Positions 53,956-64,000 of a stretch of 64,000 nucleotides of DNA are shown piece after piece. The stretch is from Thermodesulfobacteriota bacterium (GTDB taxonomy: Bacteria; Desulfobacterota; Desulfobacteria; Desulfobacterales; JARGFK01). Location: positions 66,163-130,162 of the forward strand of contig JBFLWU010000007.1 of NCBI GenBank assembly GCA_040757625.1, in the 5' to 3' direction. Under the pieces are notes generated by a model. The model saw only the letters and a program-made list of their open reading frames with translations, made no database searches and had not been told where the DNA came from. The translations under genes were made by a program, and so were the position numbers. The number at the start of each line of letters is the position of its first letter. Position 1 is the stretch's first letter.

Positions 53956-53966
53956 GATATGACGGA

Positions 53967-55262
53967 CTATTTCACAAATCCCATGACGCGCGGCAGCCAC
54001 AGGACCGCATCCGGCATGTAGGTCATAAAGAAGAGGACCGCCAGTTGAATAACCAGAAATGGAATAACGGATTTGGTGACGTAAATGAGATCCTTGTTGG
54101 CGATAGCGCCGGTTATGTAGAGACTGACCCCCATGGGCGGCGTGCAGTATCCAATCGCCAGATTGACCGTCAGAATCAATCCGAAATGAAGCCAGTTGAC
54201 GCCAAAGGCGTCCAGCATCGGCAAAAACACCGGTCCCAGGATCATGGTGGCGGAAATAATATCCATGAACATCCCTACAATCAGGAGCAGGATGTTGATG
54301 GCCAGCAGGAATACGACCGGAGACTGAATCGCCGAAAGGACCGTTTCGGTGATTTTGCCGGGAATATTTTCCAGGGTCAACAACCGGCCGAAGCACGTGG
54401 CGCCCGCCACGATGACAAGAAGGGTTGCGGAGGTAACCGCTGAGCTCACGGTGATCCGCTTCACCTGGCTCAGTTTCATGGACTTGTGAATAAAAAGCTC
54501 AACGATAAAAGCATAAACGCAGGCAACCACCGCAGCCTCGTTGGCGGTAAATGCGCCGGTAAAAATCCCGCCGAAAATAATCGCAGGGAGCATCAGGGAC
54601 CAGAAGCCTTCTTTGAAAACCGCCACGATCTCATTGATTTTCGGAATCGGCTTGCGGACGAGTTTCTCGTTGGTGCGGAAAACGAAATAAGTATAAATGC
54701 AAGTCCCGATGATAATGAGAATACCGGGCAAGAAACCCGTCAGAAACAACCCCTCCAGCGATACATTGCTGATCATGCTGTAAAGGATCATGCCGATACT
54801 GGGGGGGATAATCACCCCGAGGTTGGGCGACGTGGTCATCAGGCCGATGGTGTATTTCTGGGGATAACCGTTCTCGATCAGGGCCGGTATCATGAAGCCG
54901 CCCAAGGCCACCACCGTTGCCACCGTGGAGCCCGAAATGGCCCCGAACAGACCGCACGCCAAGACACCGGCCATGCCGAGCCCGCCCGGCAGCCAGCTTA
55001 CCAGCACATTGGCCACTTTGATCAGTTTTTCAACAATTGATCCGGCCGTCATGATATTGCCGCACAAGATAAAAAAGAGAACCACCACCAGTGCGAAATT
55101 ATCCATGCTGCGAAACAGGCTCTGGGCCAGCAGGAGCAGCGGCAGGTCGGTAAAAAAGATGAACCCCAGAACGGCCGTAAAAAACAGGCACATGAAGACG
55201 GGAACATAGCTTGCCATGCATCCCAGCAAAATCAGCATGATAATAATATGGCTTGTTTCCAA
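53967..55262 (-). CDS. TRAP transporter large permease (DctM family)
   Basis: 431 aa polytopic protein downstream of DctQ-like and DctP-like genes. Confidence 0.9.
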   Translation of the reverse strand: METSHIIIMLILLGCMASYVPVFMCLFFTAVLGFIFFTDLPLLLLAQSLFRSMDNFALVVVLFFILCGNIMTAGSIVEKLIKVANVLVSWLPGGLGMAGVLACGLFGAISGSTVATVVALGGFMIPALIENGYPQKYTIGLMTTSPNLGVIIPPSIGMILYSMISNVSLEGLFLTGFLPGILIIIGTCIYTYFVFRTNEKLVRKPIPKINEIVAVFKEGFWSLMLPAIIFGGIFTGAFTANEAAVVACVYAFIVELFIHKSMKLSQVKRITVSSAVTSATLLVIVAGATCFGRLLTLENIPGKITETVLSAIQSPVVFLLAINILLLIVGMFMDIISATMILGPVFLPMLDAFGVNWLHFGLILTVNLAIGYCTPPMGVSLYITGAIANKDLIYVTKSVIPFLVIQLAVLFFMTYMPDAVLWLPRVMGFVK

Positions 55263-55304
55263 AATCGAATCTCTTTTAAGAACTCAGCAGGAGCATCAAC
55301 GGGT

Positions 55305-55826
55305 TTATTTCTGATCGTTCGCGCCGTGCGCCTTGGTGAAATCTTCGTAAATAACCTGAATAGTCCGAATGAACATCATCACCCCCATCAGGGGCAGAAT
55401 GGCATAAAGATAGACCAGTGGAATTTGCATGATGATGGTCTTTTGATAGGTTCGAACCTGCAGCAGCGCCATCAGCCAGCCGTAGTAGATCATCATTGCT
55501 GAAAAAATCAGCGTCACCATGTTGCTGAAATAGTTGAGAGGAACCTTTATTCGGGGTACCAGCTGCACCAGGGCGTCGATTTTGATCATGGAGCGATTTT
55601 TGACGGCGGCACTGCACCCGATAAATGTGGTGTAGATGATAACTTCCCGGACCAGTTCCTCCGACCATGCCAGCGAGTAATTGAAGCCATAGCGCAAAAC
55701 CACGTTAAAAAACAGTGATATCAGCGCAATCAGCACGGAGATGAACAGGGTCCATTCTTCAAAAAACGTCAGGACCTTATCAAAAAAATTCAGAATTTTA
55801 CGAAACATGAACTGCCTCGGCGGCAT
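55305..55826 (-). CDS. TRAP transporter small permease (DctQ family)
   Basis: 173 aa with 4 TM segments, between the DctP-like and DctM-like genes. Confidence 0.85.
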   Translation of the reverse strand: MPPRQFMFRKILNFFDKVLTFFEEWTLFISVLIALISLFFNVVLRYGFNYSLAWSEELVREVIIYTTFIGCSAAVKNRSMIKIDALVQLVPRIKVPLNYFSNMVTLIFSAMMIYYGWLMALLQVRTYQKTIIMQIPLVYLYAILPLMGVMMFIRTIQVIYEDFTKAHGANDQK

Positions 55827-55880
55827 AAGGTATAAGCAAAGGGGGTTTGCCGAACCCCCCTTTGCTTATAATAGCAGAAT

Positions 55881-56963
55881 TTACGGTTTATAACCGATAA
55901 AATCCTCGACTTCCTTCAGGAAATCTTTGGGCCGGTATGTGTCACCCTTATAGAGCTTGTTGATTTCGCCGGCATATTTTTTATGGACCGCATCGCCTTT
56001 GCGTCTCAGCAGGTCCATGGCGGAATCCGACAGCTTAAAGAATTGAATCCCGTCGGCCTTGGCCTTGGCGATTTCATCAATTTCCTGCTGCTTGACTTCT
56101 TCACGAATCTTGGCGCAGACATCATGGACCGTTTCCACAAAGGTTTTCTGCAGATCAGGCGGCAGGCTTTTAAACCAAGCCTTATTGAAAATCCAGATAA
56201 ACAGGCCCTGAGCGTAGTTTATCTGGGTAAAATATTTGGCGACTTCGAATTTTTTGGTGATATTGCAAACCGACGGAGTGTGGTCCAGGCCGGTGATGAC
56301 TCCCTGTTTAAGCGCCACCGGCACATCCGGCCACGGCATCACCACCGGATTAAAGCCCCACTCCTTGTAGAGCAGCTGATTGACGGCCGCCTCGGCGATG
56401 CGGAACTTGACTTTGTTGGCATCTGCCAGGCTTTTGACAGGGGTAGTGGTTGCCCAGCCGTAGTTTCCATACCCGGTAATATCGAGTCCGATAATTCCCT
56501 GATGGTCCATTGCCATCATAAAATGATCGAACAATTTCTTATTGGCGACAAATTTATCCAGTTTTTCAAAAGAGTCGATCAGGAACGGCAGGTTGACCAC
56601 CCCGAATCGGGGCCCGAGATTCGTTGCTGCAACCGAGCTGGTTCCCATCCCCTGGATGGCGCCCATCTGAAGCTGGTTGAGAACTTCCACTTCGCCGCCG
56701 AGCATGGAAAAGGGCTTGTAATCGAGATACATCTGGCCTTTGGTTCGTTTCCACAACTCGTCGCGGATCGCAAAGCCGGTGTATACCCCCCTGAGCACCG
56801 GATGAGACACATTGGAAACGATGAATTTGTATTTGGCGCCGGCAGGATCGAAATTGGGTTTCCAGGCGTCCAGTGATGGCCCTCCGGCCAGAACCGGACT
56901 GATAAAAAGTCCGAGGCAGAACATACAAATTACTGTTAGAAAAACGCTTTTTCTAAAGATCAT
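55881..56963 (-). CDS. TRAP transporter substrate-binding protein (DctP family)
   Basis: Signal peptide plus a ~330 aa periplasmic domain. It is the first gene of the TRAP operon. Confidence 0.88.
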   Translation of the reverse strand: MIFRKSVFLTVICMFCLGLFISPVLAGGPSLDAWKPNFDPAGAKYKFIVSNVSHPVLRGVYTGFAIRDELWKRTKGQMYLDYKPFSMLGGEVEVLNQLQMGAIQGMGTSSVAATNLGPRFGVVNLPFLIDSFEKLDKFVANKKLFDHFMMAMDHQGIIGLDITGYGNYGWATTTPVKSLADANKVKFRIAEAAVNQLLYKEWGFNPVVMPWPDVPVALKQGVITGLDHTPSVCNITKKFEVAKYFTQINYAQGLFIWIFNKAWFKSLPPDLQKTFVETVHDVCAKIREEVKQQEIDEIAKAKADGIQFFKLSDSAMDLLRRKGDAVHKKYAGEINKLYKGDTYRPKDFLKEVEDFIGYKP

Positions 56964-57197
56964 CTGTACCTCCTTTTGCTGTTAGGGGATAAGCTGTTTC
57001 CGGACATTTCTAATGAATTTTATTTTATTATAAAAATCAAATTTTTTTATTAATGTCAAGCCGTTTCATCAATTACAAAAAATATAACCAAAGAATTTGA
57101 TAAATGAATAAAGTGTATAAAATCCGCAAACGATCCGGCAGCCGGAATGCCCTCTCCGCGAAACGACCGGCAGCTTAATCCTCTGAAATCTTTTCAA

Positions 57198-57980
57198 TCA
57201 GCCCGCATCGCCCGTCCAAAAGCCCCCGGGATCAAAGCGTTTAAGTTGTTCTAATTCCTCGGAAGTCGGCGATGGGGTCTGTTTCAAGTCCGCCGCGACC
57301 CTCAGGGGCCAGCCGGTATTTGCCTTGACCTCCGCAACGCTCACACCGGGATGAACGGCGGTCAGGACCATCTCCCGAGTCCCGGAGTCAAAAGACATAA
57401 CCCCGAGCGTCGTGATGACCCGGGACGGTCCGCCCCCAGGCAAGCCCATCCGTCTGCGCCAGTCGCCCCCGTCGCCATAGCCGGGCGAGGTGATATAATC
57501 CACCCGGGGAACAAAACGCCGTTTTTCATGGGACAATAGAATGATATGCCGCCTCGCCAGGCTTGCCAGGTCACAGGCCCCCCCGCTGCCCGGCAGACGG
57601 GTTTTGACCGCATGCGTTCCGCCGATATAACTGGTGTTTAAATTGCCGTATCGGTCTATCTGAGCACCGCCGATGAAACTGACGTCCACAAAACCATGCT
57701 GAAGCAGTCCCATTACATCGGCGGTATCGGCAAGCCACTGGGCCCGGAACAGGTTGGGCAGATCCCCCATGGTTAAAATCGGCTCCGGTGCAAGTGAATC
57801 CCGAACGATCCCCAGCTCATACACCCCCACGGCATCCGGGGCATGGGTGCTCTTGGCAAGAAAAAAACCGAGTAGCGGCAGCCGCATCCCCACAAAGACT
57901 ACGTCGCCGTTGACGATTTCGCGGGCGGCTGCTGTTACCATGATCTGCGCCGCGGTGTAATTGAGATTTTCAATAGCCAT
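57198..57980 (-). CDS. CoA-transferase subunit B (glutaconate / 3-oxoacid CoA-transferase family)
   Basis: Family I CoA-transferase beta pattern (GGAQIDRYGNLN, LPGSGGA). The ATG at 57980 overlaps the subunit A stop. Confidence 0.82.
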   Translation of the reverse strand: MAIENLNYTAAQIMVTAAAREIVNGDVVFVGMRLPLLGFFLAKSTHAPDAVGVYELGIVRDSLAPEPILTMGDLPNLFRAQWLADTADVMGLLQHGFVDVSFIGGAQIDRYGNLNTSYIGGTHAVKTRLPGSGGACDLASLARRHIILLSHEKRRFVPRVDYITSPGYGDGGDWRRRMGLPGGGPSRVITTLGVMSFDSGTREMVLTAVHPGVSVAEVKANTGWPLRVAADLKQTPSPTSEELEQLKRFDPGGFWTGDAG

Positions 57981-58881
57981 AATCAACCGGTTCCGGACGT
58001 ACGGAATGCGTGATGGCAAGTTTTTCCAGGCGTTCACCTCCCAGCAGGTTTAAATAGTCTTCACTGCTGCGGACGGAGATTACCCAGCGGGACTTCCACG
58101 TTGCAAAACGCCGGGGCGTCGTGCTGGCGCTGCGATAATCAATGAATGTCTGATGGTCGCGGTTGTAATATCCCGGCACCGGCGAGGGGTGAGCGCCCCA
58201 GGGCGCATGAACCACGGCGTTTACCCGAAATCCCGGGAGCAGAACGCGATTGGGATCGCTGCTGATTTTTTCCGGCGTTACAATCTCTTCGGCCGTCAGA
58301 ATGATCCTTCGGCTGGCCATGGCGGCTTCCCGGGCGATTCCCAGGTTTCCCCACAGGTGTGCGTTGCCAAAACGGTCCGCCCGTTGGACATGTATAATGG
58401 CAACATCCGGATGAATGGCCCTGACCGCAACCAGCTTTTCCCCGCTGAAGGGGCACATCGAGGGCAGGAGAGATGGATTGGTTTTGAACAAATCACTGCC
58501 CAGCGCGGTGCGGGTCGGCATAAAGGGAACCCCCAGTGCGCCTGCCAGCAGTGCCGTCATCAGGGTTAAATTGGAATGATCTTCCATTTCGATGGCGCCG
58601 GATTCCACCGCCCGCCGAAAATTATAACCGGACCCGGTGATGACATTTCCCACCCAGGCGGCGCGAATTCTACGGACGCAGCCCCCGCCGATCATCTGGT
58701 CGAACAGGATGTCGGAAATCGGGCCGATCAACGTCAAATCGCGTTTCTGCTGCCGCATGATCTCATGCCCGGCGGCAAAGGGGATCAACGTCTCCTGCGA
58801 AACGCCCAGCGCGACCTCGCTGCCGTCCGCAACAAAGCGGGCGACGGCATCCGTGAGGGAATATAACTTGTTTTCCGGCAT
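57970..58881 (-). CDS. CoA-transferase subunit A (glutaconate CoA-transferase GctA-like)
   Basis: MPENKLYSLTDAVARFV.DG... family I alpha subunit layout. Confidence 0.82.
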   Translation of the reverse strand: MPENKLYSLTDAVARFVADGSEVALGVSQETLIPFAAGHEIMRQQKRDLTLIGPISDILFDQMIGGGCVRRIRAAWVGNVITGSGYNFRRAVESGAIEMEDHSNLTLMTALLAGALGVPFMPTRTALGSDLFKTNPSLLPSMCPFSGEKLVAVRAIHPDVAIIHVQRADRFGNAHLWGNLGIAREAAMASRRIILTAEEIVTPEKISSDPNRVLLPGFRVNAVVHAPWGAHPSPVPGYYNRDHQTFIDYRSASTTPRRFATWKSRWVISVRSSEDYLNLLGGERLEKLAITHSVRPEPVDYGY

Positions 58882-59177
58882 TATTTTTGGAACCCTTCTG
58901 ATCGGGACATGTCTCCGGGGTGCAGCTGTACTTCGCGTACCGCAAACCCCGGATAACGCAGCAGATGGGCAAATGCATTTCGCCTCCAGGGTGAAAATTT
59001 TTCAAGCATTTGTCTTTCTCAATAGAGGGAACAATGTGCAACTCTGGATTTTACATCAAATTTGAATCGAACCGACTGTTATCTTAATCTTTGTAAAACT
59101 TGCTTAAAAATTTTCATGAAATAATCGGGCTGAGTTTCACATCCGCAGATTTGGACAACTGAGGCGGCCGCAAACCG

Positions 59178-59218
59178 CCAAAAATGTGAAAGGCCCTGCG
59201 ATATCTTCAGGGCCTTTC
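59178..59218 (-). terminator. rho-independent terminator downstream of rplQ
   Basis: The 11-bp stem GAAAGGCCCTG / CAGGGCCTTTC is followed on the minus strand by ACATTTTT. Confidence 0.7.
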
Positions 59219-59256
59219 ATAAAATTCAAAAGAGCTTTGTCAAAAATAAAAATTGC

Positions 59257-59784
59257 TCAGGCATTCTTTGAAGGATCTTCCGTTTTTTCGGATGCTTCGG
59301 ATTTGGATTTTTCGTCTTGCACCGCTGAAGCCGTCTCGGCTGCCACTTCTTTTTCCTTGCGGGTTTTGGGCTTGGCGGTCTTGGTGCCCTTTTTCTTTTT
59401 GGGCTTTTTGTCTTTGGTTTTGGTTTTTTCAGCCGCAATCAGTTCGATGATGGAGACCGGTGCCGCATCTCCGCTGCGCCTGCCGATCTTGACAACGCGC
59501 GTATAACCGCCCGCCCTGGATCCAAAGCGTTCGGCCGCCTCAGCAAAAAGCTTGTTGACCACATCCTTTTCCCGCACAATCGACAATGCCTGACGCCGAG
59601 CATGCAGGTCGCCGCGTTTTGCAAGCGTTATGATATTGTCCGCCCAGCGTTTCAATTCTTTGGCTTTGGTATCCGTAGTCTGGATACGTTGATATTTTAA
59701 AAGCGACGTCACCATGTTTCGAAACAAGGCGGTCCGATGGCTGGCGGTTCTGCCTAATTTTAAACCCGCTTTTCGATGTTTCAT
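59257..59784 (-). CDS. rplQ: 50S ribosomal protein L17 with a Lys-rich C-terminal extension
   Basis: [23 protein letters not shown], plus a ~55 aa K/E-rich tail. Confidence 0.95.
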   Translation of the reverse strand: MKHRKAGLKLGRTASHRTALFRNMVTSLLKYQRIQTTDTKAKELKRWADNIITLAKRGDLHARRQALSIVREKDVVNKLFAEAAERFGSRAGGYTRVVKIGRRSGDAAPVSIIELIAAEKTKTKDKKPKKKKGTKTAKPKTRKEKEVAAETASAVQDEKSKSEASEKTEDPSKNA

Positions 59785-60812
59785 TGAATTGTAGCCTCTC
59801 CTTCCTCGATCTCTTCTTCAGGGGCTTCAAAGCCGTCAAGCTTCATCCCCAGCGAAAGCCCCATCTCGCTTAACACTTCTTTGATCTCGTTGAGGGACTT
59901 GCGGCCGAAGTTTTTGGTCTTGAGCATCTCAGCTTCGGTTTTATTCACCAGTTGATAAATTTTGATGATATTCGCATTTTTCAGACAATTGGCGCTGCGA
60001 ACCGACAGCTCAAGCTCTTCCACATTGCGATAAAGATTTTCGTTAAATTTTGGTTTACGGGTTTTGTCCTGCTTTATCTCCGGTTCGGGTTCAAGCTGTT
60101 CGTCAAAGTTGATAAAGATCGTCATCTGTTCTTTCAGAATTTTGGCGGCATAGGCCACGGCATCTTCCGGCCGGAGGCTCCCGTCCGTCCATACCTCCAG
60201 CGTCAGTTTGTCATAATCGGTCCGCTGCCCCACCCGAGCATTGCCCACTACATAGTTTACCCGCCTGATCGGCGAATAAACCGCGTCAATCGGTATCGTT
60301 CCGACCGGCGCTTCCTCATCTTTATTGGATTCAGCCAGGGCATACCCTTTGCCGACATTCACGGTCATGGTCATCTTCAGTTCGGCGTCGCCATTCAACG
60401 TGGCAATATGATGTTCGGGATTAAGCACCTCGCACTTTCCGTCATCGCTGATAATATCACCGGCGGTAACCACTTTTTTCCCCTTGGCCTGAATACGAAC
60501 GGTTCGAGGTTTTGCGTCGGAAAGCTTTAAGCGCACCTCCTTGAGGTTGAGAATCAGCTCGGTCACATCTTCAAGAACGCCCGGAATCACGCTGAATTCA
60601 TGCATGACGGTATCAAACTTTACCGATACAATGGCCGCGCCATACAGGGACGACAGGATGATGCGTCTTAATGAATTGCCGATGGTAATACCGAATCCTC
60701 TTTCCAGCGGTTCGCAGACAAACTTGCCGTAATTCGCTTTGCTGGTTACATCAACCTTGTCCGGCCGTATGATTTCTTGCCAGTTCATGTACATAATTTC
60801 ATTCGATGACAT
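59781..60812 (-). CDS. rpoA: DNA-directed RNA polymerase alpha subunit
   Basis: [23 protein letters not shown] and the C-terminal alpha-CTD ([14 protein letters not shown]). Confidence 0.97.
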   Translation of the reverse strand: MSSNEIMYMNWQEIIRPDKVDVTSKANYGKFVCEPLERGFGITIGNSLRRIILSSLYGAAIVSVKFDTVMHEFSVIPGVLEDVTELILNLKEVRLKLSDAKPRTVRIQAKGKKVVTAGDIISDDGKCEVLNPEHHIATLNGDAELKMTMTVNVGKGYALAESNKDEEAPVGTIPIDAVYSPIRRVNYVVGNARVGQRTDYDKLTLEVWTDGSLRPEDAVAYAAKILKEQMTIFINFDEQLEPEPEIKQDKTRKPKFNENLYRNVEELELSVRSANCLKNANIIKIYQLVNKTEAEMLKTKNFGRKSLNEIKEVLSEMGLSLGMKLDGFEAPEEEIEEGEATIQ

Positions 60813-60922
60813 TTTATGTCTCCAGATTGTATTTAATTAAAAGGGTGTATGCGGGGAGAACCTGTTTAGGGTAACGAAACCAGGAGCGGCAAGGCTCGCA
60901 TTTCGATACCGGAAACATCCGC

Positions 60923-61552
60923 TTACTTGGAATAGAGTTCTACAACCAACTGCTCCTGGATCGGCATTGTAAGATCTTCACGAACAGGCAGGGCCTTGAC
61001 CACACCCTTCAGGTTTTCTTTTTCCAATTCCAGCCACTGCGGCACACCCCGTCGCACAGCGGCCTCAAGGGATTCAGCAATCACATTCAGATTTTTGCTT
61101 TTCTCTTTAACCTCGACAACGTCACCGATTTTTATAAGAAAGGACGGAATGTTCGCCTTTTTTCCGTTTACTATAAAATGATTATGCTTCGCAAACTGTC
61201 GTCCCTGTGCACGTGAATTCACAAAGCCGAGCCGGTAAACCACATTGTCCAGCCGGCGCTCGAGCAGAACCAGCAGATTGGTTCCTGTGATCCCCTTTTG
61301 TCGGTCGGCTCTTTCAAAGAACAGGTGAAACTGTTTTTCTGAAAGGCCGTACATTCGTTTAATCTTCTGTTTTTCGCGAAGCTGTATACCGTAGTTCGAA
61401 TATTTTCCCCTGCGGTTTTGTCCATGCTGACCCGGAGGATAACTGCGCCGGTCAAACGCGCATTTATCCGAATAACAACGGTCTCCCTTTAAAAATAATT
61501 TTAAATTTTCGCGACGGCAAAGCCGGCAAACAGAACCTGTATATCGTGCCAA
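60923..61552 (-). CDS. rpsD: 30S ribosomal protein S4
   Basis: [23 protein letters not shown]. Confidence 0.97.
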   Translation of the reverse strand: MARYTGSVCRLCRRENLKLFLKGDRCYSDKCAFDRRSYPPGQHGQNRRGKYSNYGIQLREKQKIKRMYGLSEKQFHLFFERADRQKGITGTNLLVLLERRLDNVVYRLGFVNSRAQGRQFAKHNHFIVNGKKANIPSFLIKIGDVVEVKEKSKNLNVIAESLEAAVRRGVPQWLELEKENLKGVVKALPVREDLTMPIQEQLVVELYSK

Positions 61553-61611
61553 GTTTCCTCCTTATAAACCCAATTGCTGCTTAACAATCAAAAATAATGA
61601 ATAATAAATCG

Positions 61612-61998
61612 CTAGACTCTCCGTCTTTTCGGCGGTCGACACCCGTTATGGGGAATTGGCGTGACGTCCTTTATCATGATCACGTTAAATCCCGCGGCCT
61701 GAAGCGATCTTAAAGCCGATTCGCGTCCGGCGCCGGGACCCTTGACATAAACCTCCACATTTTTCATGCCGTGTTCCATTGCTTTTTTTACGGCGTCCTC
61801 TGCCGCAATCTGAGCAGCAAAAGGGGTGCTTTTCCGGGAGCCCTTAAAACCCTGAACGCCCGAACTCGACCAGGCGACCACATTGCCCACCGGATCGGTT
61901 ATGGTGATGATGGTATTGTTGAATGTGGATTGGATATGGACCACACCGTTTAAAATATTTTTCTTTTCTTTTTTCTTGGTACGGGTTCTCGTCGCCAT
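61612..61998 (-). CDS. rpsK: 30S ribosomal protein S11
   Basis: [24 protein letters not shown] and ...[13 protein letters not shown]. Confidence 0.97.
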   Translation of the reverse strand: MATRTRTKKKEKKNILNGVVHIQSTFNNTIITITDPVGNVVAWSSSGVQGFKGSRKSTPFAAQIAAEDAVKKAMEHGMKNVEVYVKGPGAGRESALRSLQAAGFNVIMIKDVTPIPHNGCRPPKRRRV

Positions 61999-62144
61999 GA
62001 ATAATTATCCTCTTGTTTTTTTCCTTCCGATACGGAGTCTGTACGCTATTTACGATACCTTCCGGACATTCCCCCCTCATCCCGTCGCCGAATGGATTTT
62101 CAGAAGTCGTAAACGGCTTAAAAAGCGATACGGCTCGAAACAGG

Positions 62145-62528
62145 TTACTTCTTTTTCGCAGCGCCCTTCTTCTTGATCGCTGAACGCCGGGGGCCCTTGC
62201 GGGTCCGTGCGTTGGTTTTGGTCCGCTGTCCCCTCACAGGAAGCGATTTGCGGTGGCGCAGGCCTCGATAGGAGCCCAGGTCCATCAACCGCTTGATGTT
62301 CATGGAAACATCGGTGCGAAGTTCGCCTTCCACCTTGTTTTCGCTGTCGATCATTTTTCGGATATTGTTGATCTCTGCTTCCGACAATTGATCCGTTTTG
62401 GTATTGGGATCAATATTCAACTTGGAAAGTATCTTTTTTGAAGTGGTCCTGCCGATGCCGTAAATATATGTCAGCCCGATTTCTATCCGCTTTCCTCTCG
62501 GTAAATCGACGCCTGCAATTCTAGTCAA
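62145..62528 (-). CDS. rpsM: 30S ribosomal protein S13
   Basis: [25 protein letters not shown]. Confidence 0.97.
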   Translation of the reverse strand: MTRIAGVDLPRGKRIEIGLTYIYGIGRTTSKKILSKLNIDPNTKTDQLSEAEINNIRKMIDSENKVEGELRTDVSMNIKRLMDLGSYRGLRHRKSLPVRGQRTKTNARTRKGPRRSAIKKKGAAKKK

Positions 62529-62541
62529 GGCCTATCCTCCT

Positions 62542-62655
62542 CTATCCCTGTTTCTGTTTATGCCGTTTATTTACACAAATGACCCTTACAACCCGTTTTC
62601 TCCGGATTATTTTGCATTTGCTACACATTTTTTTTGCTGAAGCCCTAACTTTCAT
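62542..62655 (-). CDS. rpmJ: 50S ribosomal protein L36
   Basis: Hand translation of the minus strand gives [37 protein letters not shown] (37 aa). It is absent from the ORF track because it is shorter than 60 aa. Confidence 0.93.
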   Translation of the reverse strand: MKVRASAKKMCSKCKIIRRKRVVRVICVNKRHKQKQG

Positions 62656-62726
62656 TAGTTTTTCTCCGTTTTACGAATGATTTCTGCATCAGTTCGGTTA
62701 TATTGTATTATCGGATTCGCGCCCCT

Positions 62727-62945
62727 TTATTTCGACCGATAGGTAATCCTGCCCCGGGTCAGATCATAGGGTGAGAGTTCAACCGTTACCGTATCGCCCG
62801 GCAATATTTTAATAAAATGCATCCGCATTTTTCCGGAAATATGCGCCAGAATTTTATGTTTGTTCTCCAACTCGACCCGGAACATGGCATTGGGCAGGGT
62901 TTCAATCACCTTGCCCTCAACGGTAATGGGTTCTTCTTTTGGCAT
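62727..62945 (-). CDS. infA: translation initiation factor IF-1
   Basis: [39 protein letters not shown]...I. Confidence 0.97.
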   Translation of the reverse strand: MPKEEPITVEGKVIETLPNAMFRVELENKHKILAHISGKMRMHFIKILPGDTVTVELSPYDLTRGRITYRSK

Positions 62946-63025
62946 ATGCGACCCTTTCTCGCTTAATAAATCTGCCCGTCAACTTCTCCGGAGCTCAGAA
63001 TCAGCCGGCACCGGAAGATCGCCTG

Positions 63026-64000
63026 TTACGACCGGCCCTTGATACGGATGCCGCCTTTTTTTAAAAACCCCTCGTAATGACGCGTCAGCATGTGAGATTC
63101 GATCTGTGAGATCGTATCGATCGCCACTCCGACCACGATCAGCAGTGCGGTTCCGCCGAAATAAAAAGGCACGTTAAACCGGGATATCAAAATCGAGGGA
63201 AGCACACATACCGCCGACACATAGATCGCACCGCCGAGGGTGATGCGCGTCAAAACCCTGTCGATATAATCCGCTGTGCGTTTGCCCGGCCGGATCCCGG
63301 GAATATACCCCCCGTGTTTTTTCATGTTGTCGGCAACATCGACCGGGTTGAAGGTCACAGCGGTATAAAAATAACAGAAAAAGAAAATGAATCCAACATA
63401 CAACAGCTCATAGACCAGATTTCCGGGGGTAATTGCCGCGGCCACCCGCTGCATCCAGGGAATCGTGATAAAGCTTGCCAAAGTGGCCGGAAACATAATG
63501 ATGGACGAAGCAAAAATCGGCGGTATAACCCCCGATGTGTTGATCTTCAGGGGCAGATGCGTGCTCTGACCGCCGTACATCCTTCGGCCCACGATCCGCT
63601 TTGCATATTGAACCGGAATTCGGCGCTGGCCCTGCTCCACAAAAATGATAACGGCGACCACCAGAATCATTAGAACGATCAGAATCAGAACGGGAAAAAT
63701 CCCCATTTCACCGGTGGACAGCAACCGGAAGGTATTCCCGATGGCGTTGGGCATGCGCGCGACAATCCCGGCGAATATGATCAACGAAATCCCGTTGCCG
63801 ATGCCGCGTTCGGTAATCTGTTCGCCCAGCCACATGATAAATGCGGTTCCCGCCGTCAGCGTAATGACTGTCATCAGTCTGAATCCCCAGCCCGGCATAA
63901 TGACCACCGGCGCGCCGCCGGGTGCCGTCATGTTTTCAAGTCCGACGCTGATGCCGAATCCCTGGATGATGCTGAGGATGACCGTACCGTAACGGGTGTA
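63026..64000 (-). CDS. secY: preprotein translocase SecY, C-terminal ~325 aa (5' end outside the window)
   Basis: The frame stays open to the window edge ([17 protein letters not shown]...). [17 protein letters not shown] and the C-terminal YEGFLKKG are present. Confidence 0.95.
   Translation of the reverse strand, partial: YTRYGTVILSIIQGFGISVGLENMTAPGGAPVVIMPGWGFRLMTVITLTAGTAFIMWLGEQITERGIGNGISLIIFAGIVARMPNAIGNTFRLLSTGEMGIFPVLILIVLMILVVAVIIFVEQGQRRIPVQYAKRIVGRRMYGGQSTHLPLKINTSGVIPPIFASSIIMFPATLASFITIPWMQRVAAAITPGNLVYELLYVGFIFFFCYFYTAVTFNPVDVADNMKKHGGYIPGIRPGKRTADYIDRVLTRITLGGAIYVSAVCVLPSILISRFNVPFYFGGTALLIVVGVAIDTISQIESHMLTRHYEGFLKKGGIRIKGRS

Noticed and set aside
53703-53957. An 84 aa plus-strand ORF covering repeat copy B. 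The same frame is open in copy A, which suggested a duplicated small protein.
   Set aside because: The copy A frame has no start codon. The similarity is best at the nucleotide level, with indels that are not multiples of 3. The ORF start overlaps the MFS start codon region. A non-coding repeat is more likely.
1-64000. Mobile elements, prophage, genomic island, and tRNA, rRNA or tmRNA genes.
   Set aside because: No transposase, integrase, phage or conjugation genes were recognisable in any frame, and visual scanning found no tRNA-like T-arm or acceptor patterns. The only mobile-like signals are the short intergenic repeats reported above.

Overview
This 64 kb window looks like core chromosome from an anaerobic, Desulfobacterales-like deltaproteobacterium; that taxon is inferred from gene content only. 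I found no rRNA, tRNA, CRISPR array, transposase, integrase or prophage genes. From left to right the window contains: the 3' part of topA; a branched-chain amino acid operon (ilvD-ilvB-ilvN-ilvC-cimA-leuA) preceded by an Ile/Leu/Val-rich leader peptide and attenuator; redox and stress genes; a KamA-type radical-SAM cluster; an RRM protein and a cold-shock protein; and a tungsten-type aldehyde:ferredoxin oxidoreductase (AOR) operon next to HdrC-like, HdrA-like and HdrA::GltD-fusion genes, with a divergent iclR-moaD pair. It continues with a two-component, TauE and tandem-receiver island bracketed by two paralogous cytidylate-kinase-like genes; a thiolase, acyl-CoA ligase, activase, single-subunit 2-hydroxyacyl-CoA-dehydratase-family, PanE and ACT operon; a ferredoxin/ferredoxin/MetV-like operon; an MshEN-like membrane protein; MFS and TRAP transporters; a CoA-transferase; and the secY-infA-rpmJ-rpsM-rpsK-rpsD-rpoA-rplQ cluster. 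The most unusual signal is non-coding. Nearly every long intergenic gap is built from degenerate 6-9 nt tandem words, mostly heptamers such as GCTGAAG / CTTCAGC. These are arranged as a purine-rich array followed by its pyrimidine-rich complement, often with ATAGRCTGAAGG...CCTTCAGYCTAT-like ends. Other leads are a shared GTTCA-N6-TGAAC operator linking the hdr/aor/iclR locus to a ferredoxin/MetV-like operon 20 kb away, a candidate AOR-Hdr electron-bifurcation module, a lone HGD-family/activase pair, and a 140-155 nt dispersed repeat with a 22-nt perfect core. All functional calls rest on motif recognition in the translations. No database search was run.
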